Both the position numbers and the translations under genes were made by a program. Shown one piece after another: positions 1-14,964 of a stretch of 64,000 nucleotides of DNA. Below the pieces are notes generated by a model that searched no databases, was not told where the DNA came from, and saw nothing but the letters and a program-made list of their open reading frames with translations. How positions within the stretch are numbered: the first letter of the stretch is position 1; the number at the start of each line of letters is the position of its first letter. The stretch lies in assembly GCF_009914755.1 (NCBI RefSeq), contig NC_060945.1. One strand, 5' to 3'. The stretch comes from the human T2T-CHM13v2.0 reference genome, Homo sapiens.

Positions 1-49
1 CGTCAACTCAGATTCTAGGTTTCTTTCCCATCTCTTTTCTTCTTCCTTT

Positions 50-322
50 TAAAAAATTAAAGAAGTTTTAGTTGATGAATAATAATTGTATATATTTATG
101 GGGTACAATGTGATGCTTTCAGATATATATACACACATCGTTGAATAATTAAATCAAGCTGATTAACATATCCATCACCACCTACTTAGTATTTTGTGTG
201 TTTGGTGAAAACATTTAAAAGCTACTCAACAATTTTGAAATATACAGTATATTATTATTAACAATGGCCACCATGCTGTGCAATAGTTTCAGTTAGACAG
301 GAGGTATAAGTTTTAGTGATCT
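50..322 (-). mobile_element. Old L1MA 3'-UTR fragment with a short 5' inversion (50-286 minus, 287-322 plus)
   Basis: Matches the reverse complement of the L1MA 3' end (tatttatggggtacaatgtgatg...caccatgctgtgcaatag). It is followed by the adjacent upstream L1MA segment in opposite orientation (tttcagttagacaggaggtataagttttagtgatct). Confidence 0.75.
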
Positions 323-1341
323 TCCCCTTTAACTGCTCCCAGCAACTCCAACAAAATCCTGCTTAGCAGCCTTCAGAGTTGCCAACATTTACTCCTTCTT
401 TGAGGGCTCAGCATTGCCAGTTGGAATGATGGTAGCTGTTGGCTTGGTGTGACTTGAAAGCCTAGCCTGCCCCAGAGTGTTTCCATCAGTGGTCAGACAA
501 CAGCATCTGCAATTCTTACTATTACAGCCCTTCTTCTGTCTTACTCATGACCTCCAGAAGAGCCCTGAGTCTGCTGCCCAGAAGAAGAAAACCTCATAAC
601 CAGTTTTCATGCCCCATCAGCCATTACAATTTTTTTTTTAAGGGAAAAGTAATTCTTCAGGTTGGTTGGAGAGTAGAGACAAAGAAGGGGGGGAATGGAA
701 AAATAGCCCAAGCTTCTACCAGGAAAGCAGCATGATCCATGATGGGTCAACCCTGAGGGCTAGGGTAAGAGTGGGAGTATGTTTAGATATAGGACAAGGT
801 GGCTTTGTAGGTATAGAATGGAAGCAGGAACTCCAAAGGATAGGTTTGTGCATGCGTGCGGTACATACCGTGCAGAGGAGAAAAGATACTGGCTTCAAGC
901 TTTGTGTATGGCTCCCTCTGATCCTATAACCCAGACTGACTCAGTGACCTTGCCTGACCTTAGAGAAATTTTGCAGACGGACTACCTCATGAGCTCACCA
1001 AAGCAAAGTAGCTTGGATAGTTCTATATTTTAGCTAGAGGCAAGAATCTGTACTAAATATAAAGGTTTGCTGCCTTGTTTTTTATTTGCCCTTAAGAATT
1101 TTTATATTCAATATAATCTATATTTTTCCCCCAGAAGGACTCAGTAGATTACCTCCTTATTACTGATTTATTTAAAATTCCAGTTTTAGCAGAGAGAGGT
1201 TTCTCTTTAGTCTTTCCACAGACAGGTAAAATGCCAAATTAAACATGTAAGGAGTCCAAGTAAAAGGAATACTGATTAATCGGTATCTTATTTATCTTTG
1301 GAACATTTAGCAATCCTCTTTCTTTAAATAGGGAACTTATG

Positions 1342-1768
<427 letters not shown>

Positions 1769-2364
1769 TTAGTTTACAAATTTTGGAAAAGCTGGTATTG
1801 ATTTCTTATATATATTTATTCAAATCATTTCTGAATTTATGTTTAAAATGTTAAAGCATACTGAATTGTATAAAAACAAAATAAAAAGTGCCTTGAATCC
1901 TTCTATCACTACCCAGAATGATCCACTATTAATATATTGGTCTACTTTCTTCTTGTCTTTTTTCTATTCAGGTATATTAGTGCGTATATAAATATACACA
2001 CTAACATACTTAAAAGGTGTATCTATTTATACCTAAAACAAATTTGTAATATTCTGAATAAGTAGTTTTAAATGATGCTTTGTCACCTAACAATTGTCAT
2101 TGGGTATTTCTCATAAACATGAATTTAAAGCATCCAGAGAATAAGAACGTATGGAGGCCCCATATTTTATTTTACCACCCCATGCTGTTGGGCATTCTAG
2201 TTGTTTCCCATTGTTTGTTATTTACTATAATATTATAATGAATATTTTTGAATATAAAATTTCTATTTCCCTTTGAAATAATTAATGGGTCAAAGGGCAT
2301 GAATGGCTATTTAAAAAATACATTTGATGCATATTTTAAATGTACCTCTGGAAGGAGTCTATCA

Positions 2365-2412
2365 GTTTCTCTCTTCACAGTGTTTCTCTCTTCATAGTTT
2401 CTCTCTTCATAG
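2365..2412. repeat. Short tandem repeat, 3 x gtttctctcttca(c/t)a
   Basis: Copies start at 2365, 2382 and 2397. Confidence 0.85.
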
Positions 2413-2759
2413 CATCATTTCATTGTATTCTCATGGATACCGGGTAATATGATGCTATGAACAACTTGGCCAGTTTTCTGGGCAAAGCTGTCATGGTTTT
2501 TAAAATTGTTTTTATCTTTTTATCTTCGATTGCTACATTATTACCTCCATAAGAAATATTCTTTTTCCTTCCCCTTTTTAAGTCTTAAAAAATAATCACA
2601 ATACTTGCCTCATAAAAAAATTGGGAAACACAAATGTGCATAAAATGCTAAGTACCTATTAGGAATTATTGTTTTTAAGCCATTATGGTGACAATGAAAA
2701 ATCTTCAGAAATGATAATCAGTTGCAAAGAACATACCCTATGCTTTGATATCCTAATCT

Positions 2760-3290
2760 TAGACAGATGCTCCTGGTGCCCACGTTGCCTTTATTCAGCT
2801 CTCTTCTGATTTTAACCACAGTGTGGTAGACAGTTCGTGAAAGCTCATATTCTTCTCTTCCTGCCAGGATGTTGCTGGAAGCTCTTGCAGCTGTCTCTTA
2901 CATTCTTCCCCAGGGTCTTTTTCAACAGAGATCTCGCAGCTGGCTTGAATTTTGCTGTCTAAAGGTGCAGGGATGGGGAGGGATTAATGCCTAGAGGACA
3001 TCCTTCAACCAATGGGAGATGGGAGGTAGTGAAAAAATATTCCAATTTCCTATATTTCTGGTAGACAATTCTGGGAGGCATTCCATGTATGCTTCTCAGA
3101 GCTTCTGGCAGAGTCCCACTCTTGTTGCTTACAGCAGAAACCTCAGTAAAGCACCATATAATGTCTTTTCTCTCTTTGTGTCTGACTCTCCTCCCTTATT
3201 TCTGTTTCCTAGGAGCAGTTTGGAAATAAACTAACTGCAACCAAGTCTTTGTTCTAGGCTCTTCTCCGAGGGAAACCCTAACTACGATAT
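2760..3290 (+). mobile_element. ERVL solo LTR, LTR16-like
   Basis: The 3' end aataaactaactgcaaccaagtctttgttctaggctc...gggaaaccctaactacga resembles the LTR16 terminus; internal caaccaatgg and gacaattctgggaggcatt. Boundaries approximate. Confidence 0.55.
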
Positions 3291-3861
3291 CGTCCCTTTC
3301 CCTTTTTCTCCAACAATGCAGAGTTCTTTCCCCTTCCCTTGGAGAACACTCAGTTAATTAACTCAGCCATTGCATATTGAGGGTCAATCCTATGCCAGGC
3401 ACTGCTTTGTGGAGGATGCGAAGACAGACTCAGATTCTGGCCATCTTGGAGCTATATTCTAGTGGAGCAGGCAGAAAATGAGCACAATAAGTAAGCAAGA
3501 TGTTAGACTTCAGAAGTGCTAAGGGGAAGAAAGGAAGAAAGGTAGGAAATGTCTGGGGAAAGAGGTGCATTGCAATTTTAGATAGGATGGCCAGGAGAGG
3601 CTTTATTGAGAAGGTCTCTTTTGCGTAAATATCTGAAGAAGGTGAGCCACATCAAGATATGTCGGAAAAATATTCCATCTGAGGAAATGGCAAATGCCTG
3701 AGCCCTAAGGTAGGAGTACTTCTGGAACACTTAGGAATATTGAGAAGACCAGTGTGGATGAAGGGAGGTGAAGGAGAATGAGGTGCTATTGCCAGAGAGG
3801 AAGCAAGGTGATAGACAGATCACATAGGAACCTTAAGGTCTTTGGTATTTACCTTAAGTTT

Positions 3862-4473
<612 letters not shown>

Positions 4474-5082
4474 TTAAGTTTGATGGAGAATTACTGAAGA
4501 ATATTGAACAGAATAATCTCAAGGTCAAAAGGATTATTCTGGCTGCTATAATAGTCTTCAGGAGAACAAGGGTGGAAGGAGAAGCCAGTTATGAATTATC
4601 GCAATAATCCAGGAGAGAGATTATGGTGATTTGAACCTGAGTCTTAGCAGTGGAGGTGGTGAGAAGCATTGAGTTCTATATATTCTGAAGCTGGAGTTGA
4701 CAGAATTTGCTGATGGATGGGGTGGAGAGAGTGAGAGAGGTAAGGAGGCATAGACAATTCCAATGTGTTTGGGCTGAGAGACTAAAATAATTATGTTTGC
4801 CATTTACTAAGTTGAGGAAGCAAGCAAGAAGAGAAGATTGGAGGGGTGTATGGGAGCTCAATTTTCCACATATTAAACATATTCCCTATTTATTACTTTC
4901 CAGGAGGAATGTCAAGGAAAATAGGTGATTGCATATATGAATCTGGATTTAAGAAACAAGGTCAGGGCTAGATATGTAAATTAGAGAGTCACTAGTATGT
5001 AGATGATATTTTGAAACCTTGGAACTGGATGAGATTTGCAAGGGAGTATGTATAATAGAGAAAAGAAGAAACTCAAGGTTGA

Positions 5083-5478
5083 TATATTAATTTTCTAGAG
5101 CTGTCATAACAAAATACCACAGACTGGATGGCTGAAACAACAGAAATTAATTTTCTTGCAGTTCTGATGGCTGAAAGTCCAAGTCAAGGTGCCAGCAGGG
5201 GTGATTTATTTGGAGGCCTCTCTCCTTGGCTTGCAGATGGCTGCTTTCTCAGTGTGTTTTCACATGCTCTTTCCTCTGTGTGTGCATATCCCTGGTGTCT
5301 TCATCATCCTATAAGGACACCAGTCATATTGGATTAGGGCCTCTCCCTTATTCCCTCATTTAACCTTCATATTACCCCTTTAGAGGCTCTATTCCCAATA
5401 CGGTCATATTCTAACATACTGGGGGATAGGGTGTCAACATACACATTTTTAGGGGGAACACAATTCAGTCTATAACAC
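5083..5478 (-). mobile_element. MaLR solo LTR (MLT1A/B-like)
   Basis: Runs from ctgtcataacaaaataccacagactgg through ttggattagggc to caattcagtctataaca. Confidence 0.85.
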
Positions 5479-5986
5479 GTGGATATCTTGGACATTCTGA
5501 AATTAGAATGGAGGGGAGATAAGAAAAAATAATCAAATAAGACTGAGATGGAGAGGACAGAGAGGTTTAGAGAAAAAATTGGAGATATATGAAATAAAGA
5601 AAGTACTTTGAAAAAGAAAAAGGAAACAATTGTGTCAGAGGTTGCTGCTATGTCAAGTAAGATAAAGACTAAGGATTGAATATTGAATTTAGAAATGTGG
5701 AGGTCACAGTTACCTTGATAAGATTAGTGAGTGGTAGAGTGCTGGGGGTGAGCGTCTAACTGGAGTGGATTCAGGATTAAATAAAGAAAGAAAAGCCAGA
5801 AGCAAGAAATAAAGACAGCTCTTTCAAGGAGTTTTTAAAAACCAATTGCCTAAGAACTTCATGTTGTAGTCTTTAATTTCAGCCTTATTAATGGAGAGGG
5901 GCAAGATTGGTGAATTCATTGACATGCAGGAACATGGAGTAAGCTTCACAAAATTAGGTAAAACTTGGACTTCCCACTCTAAGATG

Positions 5987-6313
5987 GTGTGGCGGGTAGA
6001 ATAGCGGTCTTCTGAAAATGTCCATGCCCTAATCTCCAGAACCTTGGATAATCTTTGCTAAGCCTTATACTCTTAACAGAGAAATACAGAGACTTAAGAT
6101 GGTTAAAATGAACTCTCTCTACGGGAAACATCCAACAGAGACATGTTACTGCCCTGAGCTCTCTAGAGGGACTCTTTCTCCTTAACTTTGCTTAAGCCTG
6201 CCAAGTTAGCTTTCTTTTTGATTCTGTGAACTAAACAGAATCTTTCCAACAAAGTCTTTTGTTTACCTAAGTCGGCCAGAGTTGCTTATAAGGAAAGAGA
6301 CCTAAGTGACACA
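5987..6313 (+). mobile_element. Degenerate MLT1-family LTR fragment(s)
   Basis: Starts tgtggcgggtagaatag...tgtccatgccctaatctccagaacc and ends in an MLT1-like cctaagtgacaca. Confidence 0.5.
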
Positions 6314-6405
6314 CTGTTCCTTCCATTTGGAATGCCTCACACAACCCAATTTCATTTCAGTTTCACTTGCTGTGTCCCATCTATTTTACTTTCTGGACTT
6401 GATAG

Positions 6406-6929
6406 TGTGATGGTTAATATTAGGTTGTCCACTTGACTGGATTGAGAGATGCCTAGATGGCTGGTAAAGTATTGTTTCTGGGTGTGTCTGTGAGGGTGTT
6501 GCCAGAGAGATTGACATCTGAGTTGGCGAACTGGGAGAGGAAGATCCACCCTTAATGTGAGTGGGCACCGTCCAATTGGCTGTCAGTGCAGCTAGAACAA
6601 AGCAGGTGGAAGAAGGGGGAACAAGCTCCCTTGCTGAGTCTTCTATTTTTCTTCCCATACCAGACACTTGCTCCCACACCTGCCCTTAAACATCAGACTC
6701 CTGGTTTTTCAGCTTTTGGCTGGGACTGAAGGCTGCACTGTCAGCTTCCCTGGTTTTGAGGCCTTCAGACTTGGACTGAGCCACTACTAGCTTTTTTCTT
6801 TCCCCAGCTCATGGACAGCCTATCATGGGACTTTGCCATGTCGTCATATAAGCCAATTCTTCCTAGTAAACTCCCTTTTATATATACAAATATTCTATTG
6901 GTTCTGTCGTTCTGGAGAACTCCAATACA
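6406..6929 (+). mobile_element. ERVL solo LTR MLT2B
   Basis: Starts tgtgatggttaatattaggttgtccacttgactggattgagagatgcctagatggctgg and ends ctggagaactccaataca. TG..CA ends, 5-bp TSD gatag/gatgg. Confidence 0.9.
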
Positions 6930-7012
6930 GATGGGGTTGTCTACTTTACCTTTTTCCTGGAGTCTTTTCTTTACTGATTGACTGGATGGCAAGTAAAAAA
7001 TAGCTCTAATTT

Positions 7013-7304
7013 GTGCAGGTGCAGTGGCTCAGGCCAGTAATCCCAGCATTTTGGGAGGTCAAAGCAGGATGATTGCTGGCATCCAGAAGTGTGAGACCAA
7101 CCTGGGCAACAGAGCAAGACCCTGACACTACAAAAAAAAAAAAAAATTAGTCAGGCATGGTGGCATTTGCCTGCAGTCTCAGCTACTTGGGAGGCTGAGG
7201 TAGCAGGATCTCTTGAGCCCAGAAGTTGAGGCTGCAATGAGCTGTGATTGCTCCACTGCACTCAGCCTGGGTGACAGAGTGAGACCCTGTCTCAAAAAAA
7301 GAAA
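7013..7304 (+). mobile_element. AluJ
   Basis: Diverged dimer with J-type ggatctcttgagcccagaag and gaggctgcaatgagctgtgat; degenerate TSD aaaat(a/c)gctc. Confidence 0.9.
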
Positions 7305-7524
7305 ATCGCTCAAATGTACTACAGTGAACTTCCACTGTTAGAACTACAGTTGGATTTTTCTCTCCTAATACCTATTCCAGCCCCGTGTGGTAGGGAACCA
7401 GGAAACCAAATTCATATATCCTGCTCTCTGCTGATACAGATAGCTATCAAAAGGCCGTAAGTTGAACAAAATGCCTTAGCAAAATGAGAGCAGTGTTAAA
7501 TTGTTCTGTTTTAGAGTGGTGTGT

Positions 7525-8146
7525 ATATCAGAAGTTGATTATCACAATAATTCTCCTTAATAAACAACAAACCTCAGTGGTTGATAACAATAAGCATCTA
7601 TTTAGCTTATGAGTCGACGGGATTCAGCTGATCAGGCCTGGGTTTGACTCTTCTCATGTGTTTACTGTCAGCTGTAGGTTCAGTAGGTGACTCTGCTGTC
7701 CTTGGGTGGGCCCTCTCACAAATCTAGGTGGCATCTAAGGTGGCCTTGGCGGAGATGACTGGGGCAACTCAGTTCTGATCCTTGAATCTCTCATCTTTCT
7801 CCTGGGACGAGAGGGGCAGCTTGGTCAAGTTCTTATGGCAGTAGCAGAGGGTAAGAGCAAGCAAGCTCCACCATGCAAATGTCTCAGGTCTCTGCTTGTG
7901 CCACACTTGTCAGTTGTCTCCTTGGGGCAACTCAGGTCATTCTAGCTCCAGAGCTCCCAACCAGTTGGCCAAGACTCACTGGACCTGCAACAGAGCTCAC
8001 CTATTCCCTCTGCCCAATTTTGCTTCTCCGAAAGCAAGTCCTATGGCTGAGTGCGGAATGAGAGAGCACCATTGAGCTATACGCACGTGGTATAGAGACA
8101 AGGAAGACTGACAAACTGGGACCATTATTACCTTTGATCTATCACA
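7525..8146 (-). mobile_element. Old MLT1 (F/G/H-like) LTR
   Basis: aacctcagtggttgataacaataagcatctatttagcttatgagtc, aaagcaagtcctatggctgag and the end tctatcaca. Boundaries approximate. Confidence 0.6.
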
Positions 8147-9037
8147 GGGTAACTTTTCTTATTTCTTTTTCTTCTGTATTTGTGTTTTATGATCTTTCTA
8201 CAACAAATACCTGTAGCTTGGTTCATAAAGAAAAGCTTCCAGGCAAGAGCAGATTGAAATAATCAAAAACTTAGGAAAAACTGCATAGTATACACACTTG
8301 GCTATCACATTGGCTAAAGTACTTAGTAATCTATTGAAATTTACCAAAGCAGCTGACTTGATGAATACTTGGGTTATTCTCAAACTTGGTTAAGTACCCC
8401 CTTTCCTTTTTCTATTCACTGTGGCTAGAGCTGATAAATGAATGCTGAAATGTATATTGCTCTTATAGACTTGAATGTACTAGCAGCATTCTTGCTGGGA
8501 TTAAGTGTTGCATGCTGTCCTGACAGAAACGAAACTCAATGACTTGTCTATTTCTGTAAGCTGAATACAGTGAGTTTGGAATGTTGTACAACTCTAAGAC
8601 TGTGCACCAAAATGCTCAGGACTGGTGTGTTCCCCGTTGCAAAAAGCTTACATTCAGGTGAAGGAGAAAGCAAAATAAATAAATAAATAATTAATTAGAT
8701 AGCTACAAATGGTGGTAACTTTGTGAAATAAATTAACAAGAGAGTAAGACAGAGAATGATAGGGGAAGGTACCTCTTTTAGATGGGTGATGTGGAAAGAC
8801 CTCTCTGGTGATGTAGCTCCTTTATTTTCTTATTTTTGCATAAAATTTTTAGAGTGTGAGGCATCATCATGATTTCAGAGACATGAGGCATGTAACTTGG
8901 GACAAATACATGACTGTATTTGGTTGAAGATGTTTGTCATTTTTGCATTGTGCCCTATGGCTAAAATGTTCTGATTTTGATCATGAAACAAAATTCACCA
9001 CAGTTATGGTTCAATTGTCAAGGAAGAAAGAAATACT

Positions 9038-9290
9038 ACATCACCAGAGAGGTCTTTCCACATCACCCATCTAAAAGAGGTACCCTCCTCTATCATTCTC
9101 TATCTTACTCTCTTGTTAATTTCTTTCACAAAGTTACCACGATTTGTAGCTATTTAATTAATTAATTATTTATTTATTTTGCTTTCTCCTTCACCCGAAC
9201 GTAAGCTTCTTGCAGCGGGGAACACACTAGTCCTGTTGATAGTGACACTCCTAGAGTCCAGCACAGTGCCTGTTTATTATATGAATGAAG
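9038..9290 (+). mobile_element. L2 3' fragment
   Basis: catcaccagagaggtctttcc, cgtaagcttcttgcagcgggg, cagcacagtgcctg and atgaatgaa. Confidence 0.65.
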
Positions 9291-9636
9291 ATGCACCGTC
9301 ATTGAAATATTACACTTAGGAACCATATGTATTAATTACCCAATTCACCTATTTAAAAAACTCAATGGTTATAAAAGTAACAACACAGTTTTTTTCCTGC
9401 TAAAAATAGACACTTGCATGTCTGCTAGAGGCTCCGTTTAAAAATACTTTCAATCTACACTTGGTTAATTATAAATAATATTCACTCTTTAGTAGTGGTG
9501 GGGGTTGTATGATCAGAATCAGAAGTGCAGGTGATTCTAATACATTTATGAAGAAATAACTCTCTGGGATTCATGGTAATTGATGTACTGGCACGGTAAA
9601 CTTTCCAAGGAATGTTGATTCTGAAGAAAATCTGCA

Positions 9637-9956
<320 letters not shown>

Positions 9957-10126
9957 TCAATAAGGTACTGTTCCGTTGTTTGTATTGATTATATGGGCAG
10001 ACTTAAGAGAATGTGTTTGTGTGCAGGCAGTGAGGTAGTGTTTGCATGTGTTTGTGTGGGTGTGGTTAAGATTATGTGAAAACAGATGAAAAGGTTACAA
10101 TAAGAAAACATTAGAAAATCCACTGA

Positions 10127-11224
10127 TTCTTTTTTCTTTTTTTTCTTTATATACTTTAAATTCTAGGGTACATGTGCACAACGTGCAGTTTTGTTACATA
10201 TGTATATATGTGCCATGTTGGTTCGCTGCACCCATTAACTTGTCATTTACATTAGGTATTTCTCCTAATGCTATCCCTCCCCCATCCCCCCACCCCATGA
10301 CAGGCCCTGGTGTGTGATGTTCCCCACCCTGTGTCCAAGTGTTCTCATTGTTTAATTTCCACCTATGAGTGAGAACATGTGGTGTTTGGTTTTCTGTCCT
10401 TGGGATAGTTTGCTGAGAATGATGGTTTCCAGCTTCATCCATGTCCCCACAAAGGACATGAACTCATCCTTTTTTATGGCTGCATAATATTCCATGGTGT
10501 ATATGTGCCACATTTTCTTAATCCAGTCTATCATTGATGGACATTTGGGTTGGTTCCAAGTCTTTGCTACTGTGAATAGTGCCACAATAATCATATGTGT
10601 GCATGTGTCTTTATAGTAGCATGATTTATAATCCTCTGGGTATACACCCAGTAATGGGATCACTGTGTCAAATGGTATTTCTAGTTCTAGATCCTTGAGG
10701 AATTGTCACACTGTCTTCCACAATGGTTGAACTAGTTTACAGTCCCACCAACAGTGTAAAAGTGTTCCTATTTCTCCACATCCTCTCTAGCACCTGCTGT
10801 TTCCTGACTTTTTAATGATCGCCATTCTAGCTGGTGTGAGATGCTATCTCATTGTGGTTTTGATTTTCATTTCTCTGATGACCAGTGATGATGAGCATTT
10901 TTTCATGTGTCTGTTGGCTGCACAAATGTCTTCTTTTGAAAAGTGTCTGTTCATATCCTTTGTCCACATTTTGAAGGGGTTGTTTGACTTTTTCTTGTAA
11001 ATTTGTTTAAGTTCTTTGTAGATTCTGGATAGTAGCCCTTTGTCAGATGGGTAGATTGCAAAAATTTTCTCCCATTCTGTAGGTCTCCTGTTCACTCTGA
11101 TGGTAGTTTCTTTTGCTGTGCAGAAGCTCTTTAGTTTAATTAGATCCGATTTATCAATTTTGGCTTTTGCTGCCATTGCTTTTGGTGTTTTAGTCATGAA
11201 GTCCTTGCCCATGCCTATGTCCTG
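10127..11224 (-). mobile_element. 5'-truncated L1PA (PA5/6-like), ORF2 C-terminus plus 3'UTR
   Basis: T-rich tail at left. ORFs 10844-11212 and 10352-10663 translate to L1 ORF2 C-terminal motifs ([12 protein letters not shown]..., [25 protein letters not shown]). Confidence 0.95.
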
Positions 11225-11537
11225 GACTCATTTTTTTTTTTTCTCAAGGAACAAAAAAGAACAGTCAAAAGCACCTTGTCATTGTTTAAAGCTAATTTGT
11301 TTTAAGCTATGGTGTCTCTTATTCAAGAGTGAGAAGTTTCAAGAAGCAATTTAGATAATATTTTTTCTTAGTCTTAATTTTGATCTAAAGTTTTCTGATC
11401 AACAGTACCCAAATAATATTCAATGCTGGGTAGTGACCCAAAGATTTCTCACAGAAAGCCTGGACAGTTAGCACCTTGGATAACCCGAGGCTGTTGTTCT
11501 GTTCCACATTTCCTCCTTGAATTTCCACATTGAGGAG

Positions 11538-11887
11538 CACAACAGAAATTTATTTTCTCACAGTTCTGGAGGCTGGAAATCTGAGATCAAAGTGTCTGTA
11601 GGTTGAGGGCCATAGAGGAAGGATCTGTCCCTGGCTTCTCTCGTTGACTTGTAAATGCCCTTTTCCCTGTGTGTCCTCATATCGTCTTTCTTCTGTATAT
11701 TTCTGTGTTCAAATTTCCCCTTCTTGTAAGAATATGAGTTGTATTGGATTAGGTCCCACCTAATGGCCTCATTTTGGCTTACATACTTCTTTAAAGACCC
11801 TGTCTCCAATATGGTTACATTCTCAGGTACTAGGGATTAAGACTTCAACATATGAATTTTGGGGGTCTCACAATTCAGCCCATAACA
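11538..11887 (-). mobile_element. MLT1B/C-like LTR, one end truncated
   Basis: caacagaaatttattttctcacagttctggaggctggaaatctgagatcaa through caattcagcccataaca. Confidence 0.85.
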
Positions 11888-12559
11888 ACCTGTCTTCATC
11901 AGAGTCTGTTTGCCCTCAGGAGCCAATTCTAAATACAGTGATAAAATAAGGTTCATGACCTCTTTAGCAGGAGGGAGTGGCCTAAGTTAGTCAGTCTGGG
12001 TTGAGACTCCAAGACCCACATATCCACAGAGATGGGATCTTCTCCAAGCCCTTTTGAATTTTCTAAATCTTGACATCTGTTCCTTCTCATCGGTTTCTGA
12101 ACGCATGTTCCAGCTTCCATATATTGTAGTCTATCTGGGTGGTGACTAGGTAGTTTGCTTAGCTGTTAAAAAACCTCTCTCTCCTTGGGTAGATGCTTTC
12201 ATCTAGGGTTGAACATCAGAATCATTATAGAGGTGCTTCAGAAAAAAAGACAAAGAAAAGATGTACTTTTATTCAACCAAGTAAACAAACAAACAACTTT
12301 ACAAATGAGATTCTGACACAAATTCTAATTAAAGACCAATACCTCCCCTACTACCAAATGTTGCCTGAGATCTTACACCAAAAAGAGTGACTAGCATTGT
12401 CACTTATGTGTTAATGAGCAGCACCACCTTCAAGAAGTTGCTACTGGAGTCACCACTTAGATGGCAATTAAATATTAACAACAATTAAAGTTGAGACTAG
12501 CTTCACCACCTCCCTATGCAATTAAATAATAATGACTGTTAACTACATGCCAATCATAA

Positions 12560-12930
<371 letters not shown>

Positions 12931-12939
12931 TAGGATGTC

Positions 12940-13304
12940 TGTCTTAGTCTGTTCAGGCTGCTGTAACAAAATACCATAAGTGGGGTAATTTATAAATAAA
13001 AGAAATATATTGCTCACAGTTCTGTAGTCTAGGAAATTCAAGATCAAGTCATCAGCAGATTCAGTGTCTGGTGAGGAATTTTGCTCTGCATCATAGATGG
13101 CACCTTCTTGCTGTGTCCTCACGTGGCAGAAGGGGCAAACAAGTTTTCTCAGGGTTCTTCTCTAAGGGCACTAATCCAATTCATGAAGGGTTTGCCCTCA
13201 TGATCCAATCACCTCCTAAAAGTCCCACCTCTTAGTACTATGGTGCTGAGGATTAGTGTTCAACATGTGAATTTTTGGAGGAAGGAAATATTCAGACCAT
13301 AGCA
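12940..13304 (-). mobile_element. MaLR solo LTR (MLT1A/MSTD-like)
   Basis: Runs from tgtcttagtctgttcaggctgctgtaacaaaatacc to attcagaccatagca; perfect 5-bp TSD atgtc at 12935-12939 and 13305-13309. Confidence 0.9.
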
Positions 13305-14964
13305 ATGTCTAAGTAGATTATTTAAGTCACATAACTAGTAAATAGTTCACATAGTGTTTGAATTTGGATGTGCCTAAAATTTAAGCACAACCTTCACCAC
13401 CTTGCTATACTGCTAGCTGTTTTCCTCTAGCTTGTGTCTATAGCCAAGTGGTTAGTCCTAACCTAGCTAGGCTAATTTCTGACATCCAGCCCCACCTTGC
13501 CAGACCATTTGGAATCAGCATGTCTTGAGGAAAACGCCTCCATGATATGACACAGCTACTGACTCCCGTAAAAAGTCTAGCCCTCAGCTTCTGCTGTTCT
13601 TTTGTGTTCTTGTGTCTGGCTTGCTACATTTTGTCCTACTGCCTATGCTTTGCATTTTAAAGACTGTCTTCTAAAACACCTACAAAATTTTCAGGAGGAC
13701 TAAAATTTTCATTTCCAAAATACTCAATGAGTATTTTATATTATAATTTAAAATGCTTTCAATAGTCAGCTCTTAGGAAAATCTGGCTCTTAGTGCAGAA
13801 ATGGAGGATGTAGCAGACATCTGTTCAATTACAGTATTGATAATAGAAAAGCTTTTAAAAATCTACACCTCATAATATGTTAATGCAGGGAAATACTTCT
13901 TAGCAGTTTTTATAGAATCTTGTCTTTTGCACAATAAAAGGCAATTCTCCATTTCAATGCAGATATTGAGTAAATGAAAATTGCCTTTTTAAATTTGAGA
14001 GGACAGAAGAATAAAGATATTTGGCTTGAGATAATTGCTTACACTGTTGGTGAAAGCTAAAGTTGTTTCTTATAATGCAATAATGACTGCATTTTAAATA
14101 ACACAGATGAGTTTCACTCTATGCATAGATAAATAGTTGTATGGAAATCAAATTTTCATAAATGAAATTACACTTTAAAAACACAATACTCATAAGTTAC
14201 TTATAATTTTTGTAGCAAAATTTTTTTGTAAAAATAATTGCTCAGTATTCACTATATAACTTCAGCTATTTAATTATGGTAAGAAATTTTTTTAAAAGGA
14301 GGCAGAGCATGATGGCTGAATAGAAGCCTCCACTGATAGTCTTCCCTGTAAGAACACCAAATTGAATAACCATCCACACAAAAAAGCTTCTTCATGAGAA
14401 CCAAGAGTCAAGTGAGCAATCACAGCACCTGGTTTTAACTTCATATCACTGGAAGAGGCACTGAAGAGGATGGCAAAGATAGTCTTGACTTGCTGATGCC
14501 ATGTCTTCTCCATCCTCTGGCAGAGAGGCATCTGTGCACTTGAAGTGGCGCTGAGAGAGCATCTGTGCACTTGAAGGGAGAGAGAGTGTAGTGATTCTGG
14601 GACATTTAATTGGAACTCAGTGCTGACCTATCACAGTGGAAAGCAACCCTGGGCAGAACTCAGTCAGTGCTGATGGAGGGAGCATTTAGACCAACCCTAG
14701 CCAGAGGGTAATCACCCTTCCCAATGGTCAGAACCTGAGTTCTGGCTTCTGGCAAGCCTTGCCACTGTGGGCTAAAGTGCTCTGGGGTTCTAAATAAACT
14801 TGAAAGTCAGCCTAGACCACAAGGACTGCAATTCCTGGGCAAGTCATAGTGCTGTGCTGGACTCGGAGCCAGTGGACTTGGGAAAGCATGTGAAATGCCG
14901 GGTCAGCCTAGGGACTCCTTGTACCACCCTTACCCCAACCCTAGACAGCACAGCTCACACCTCT

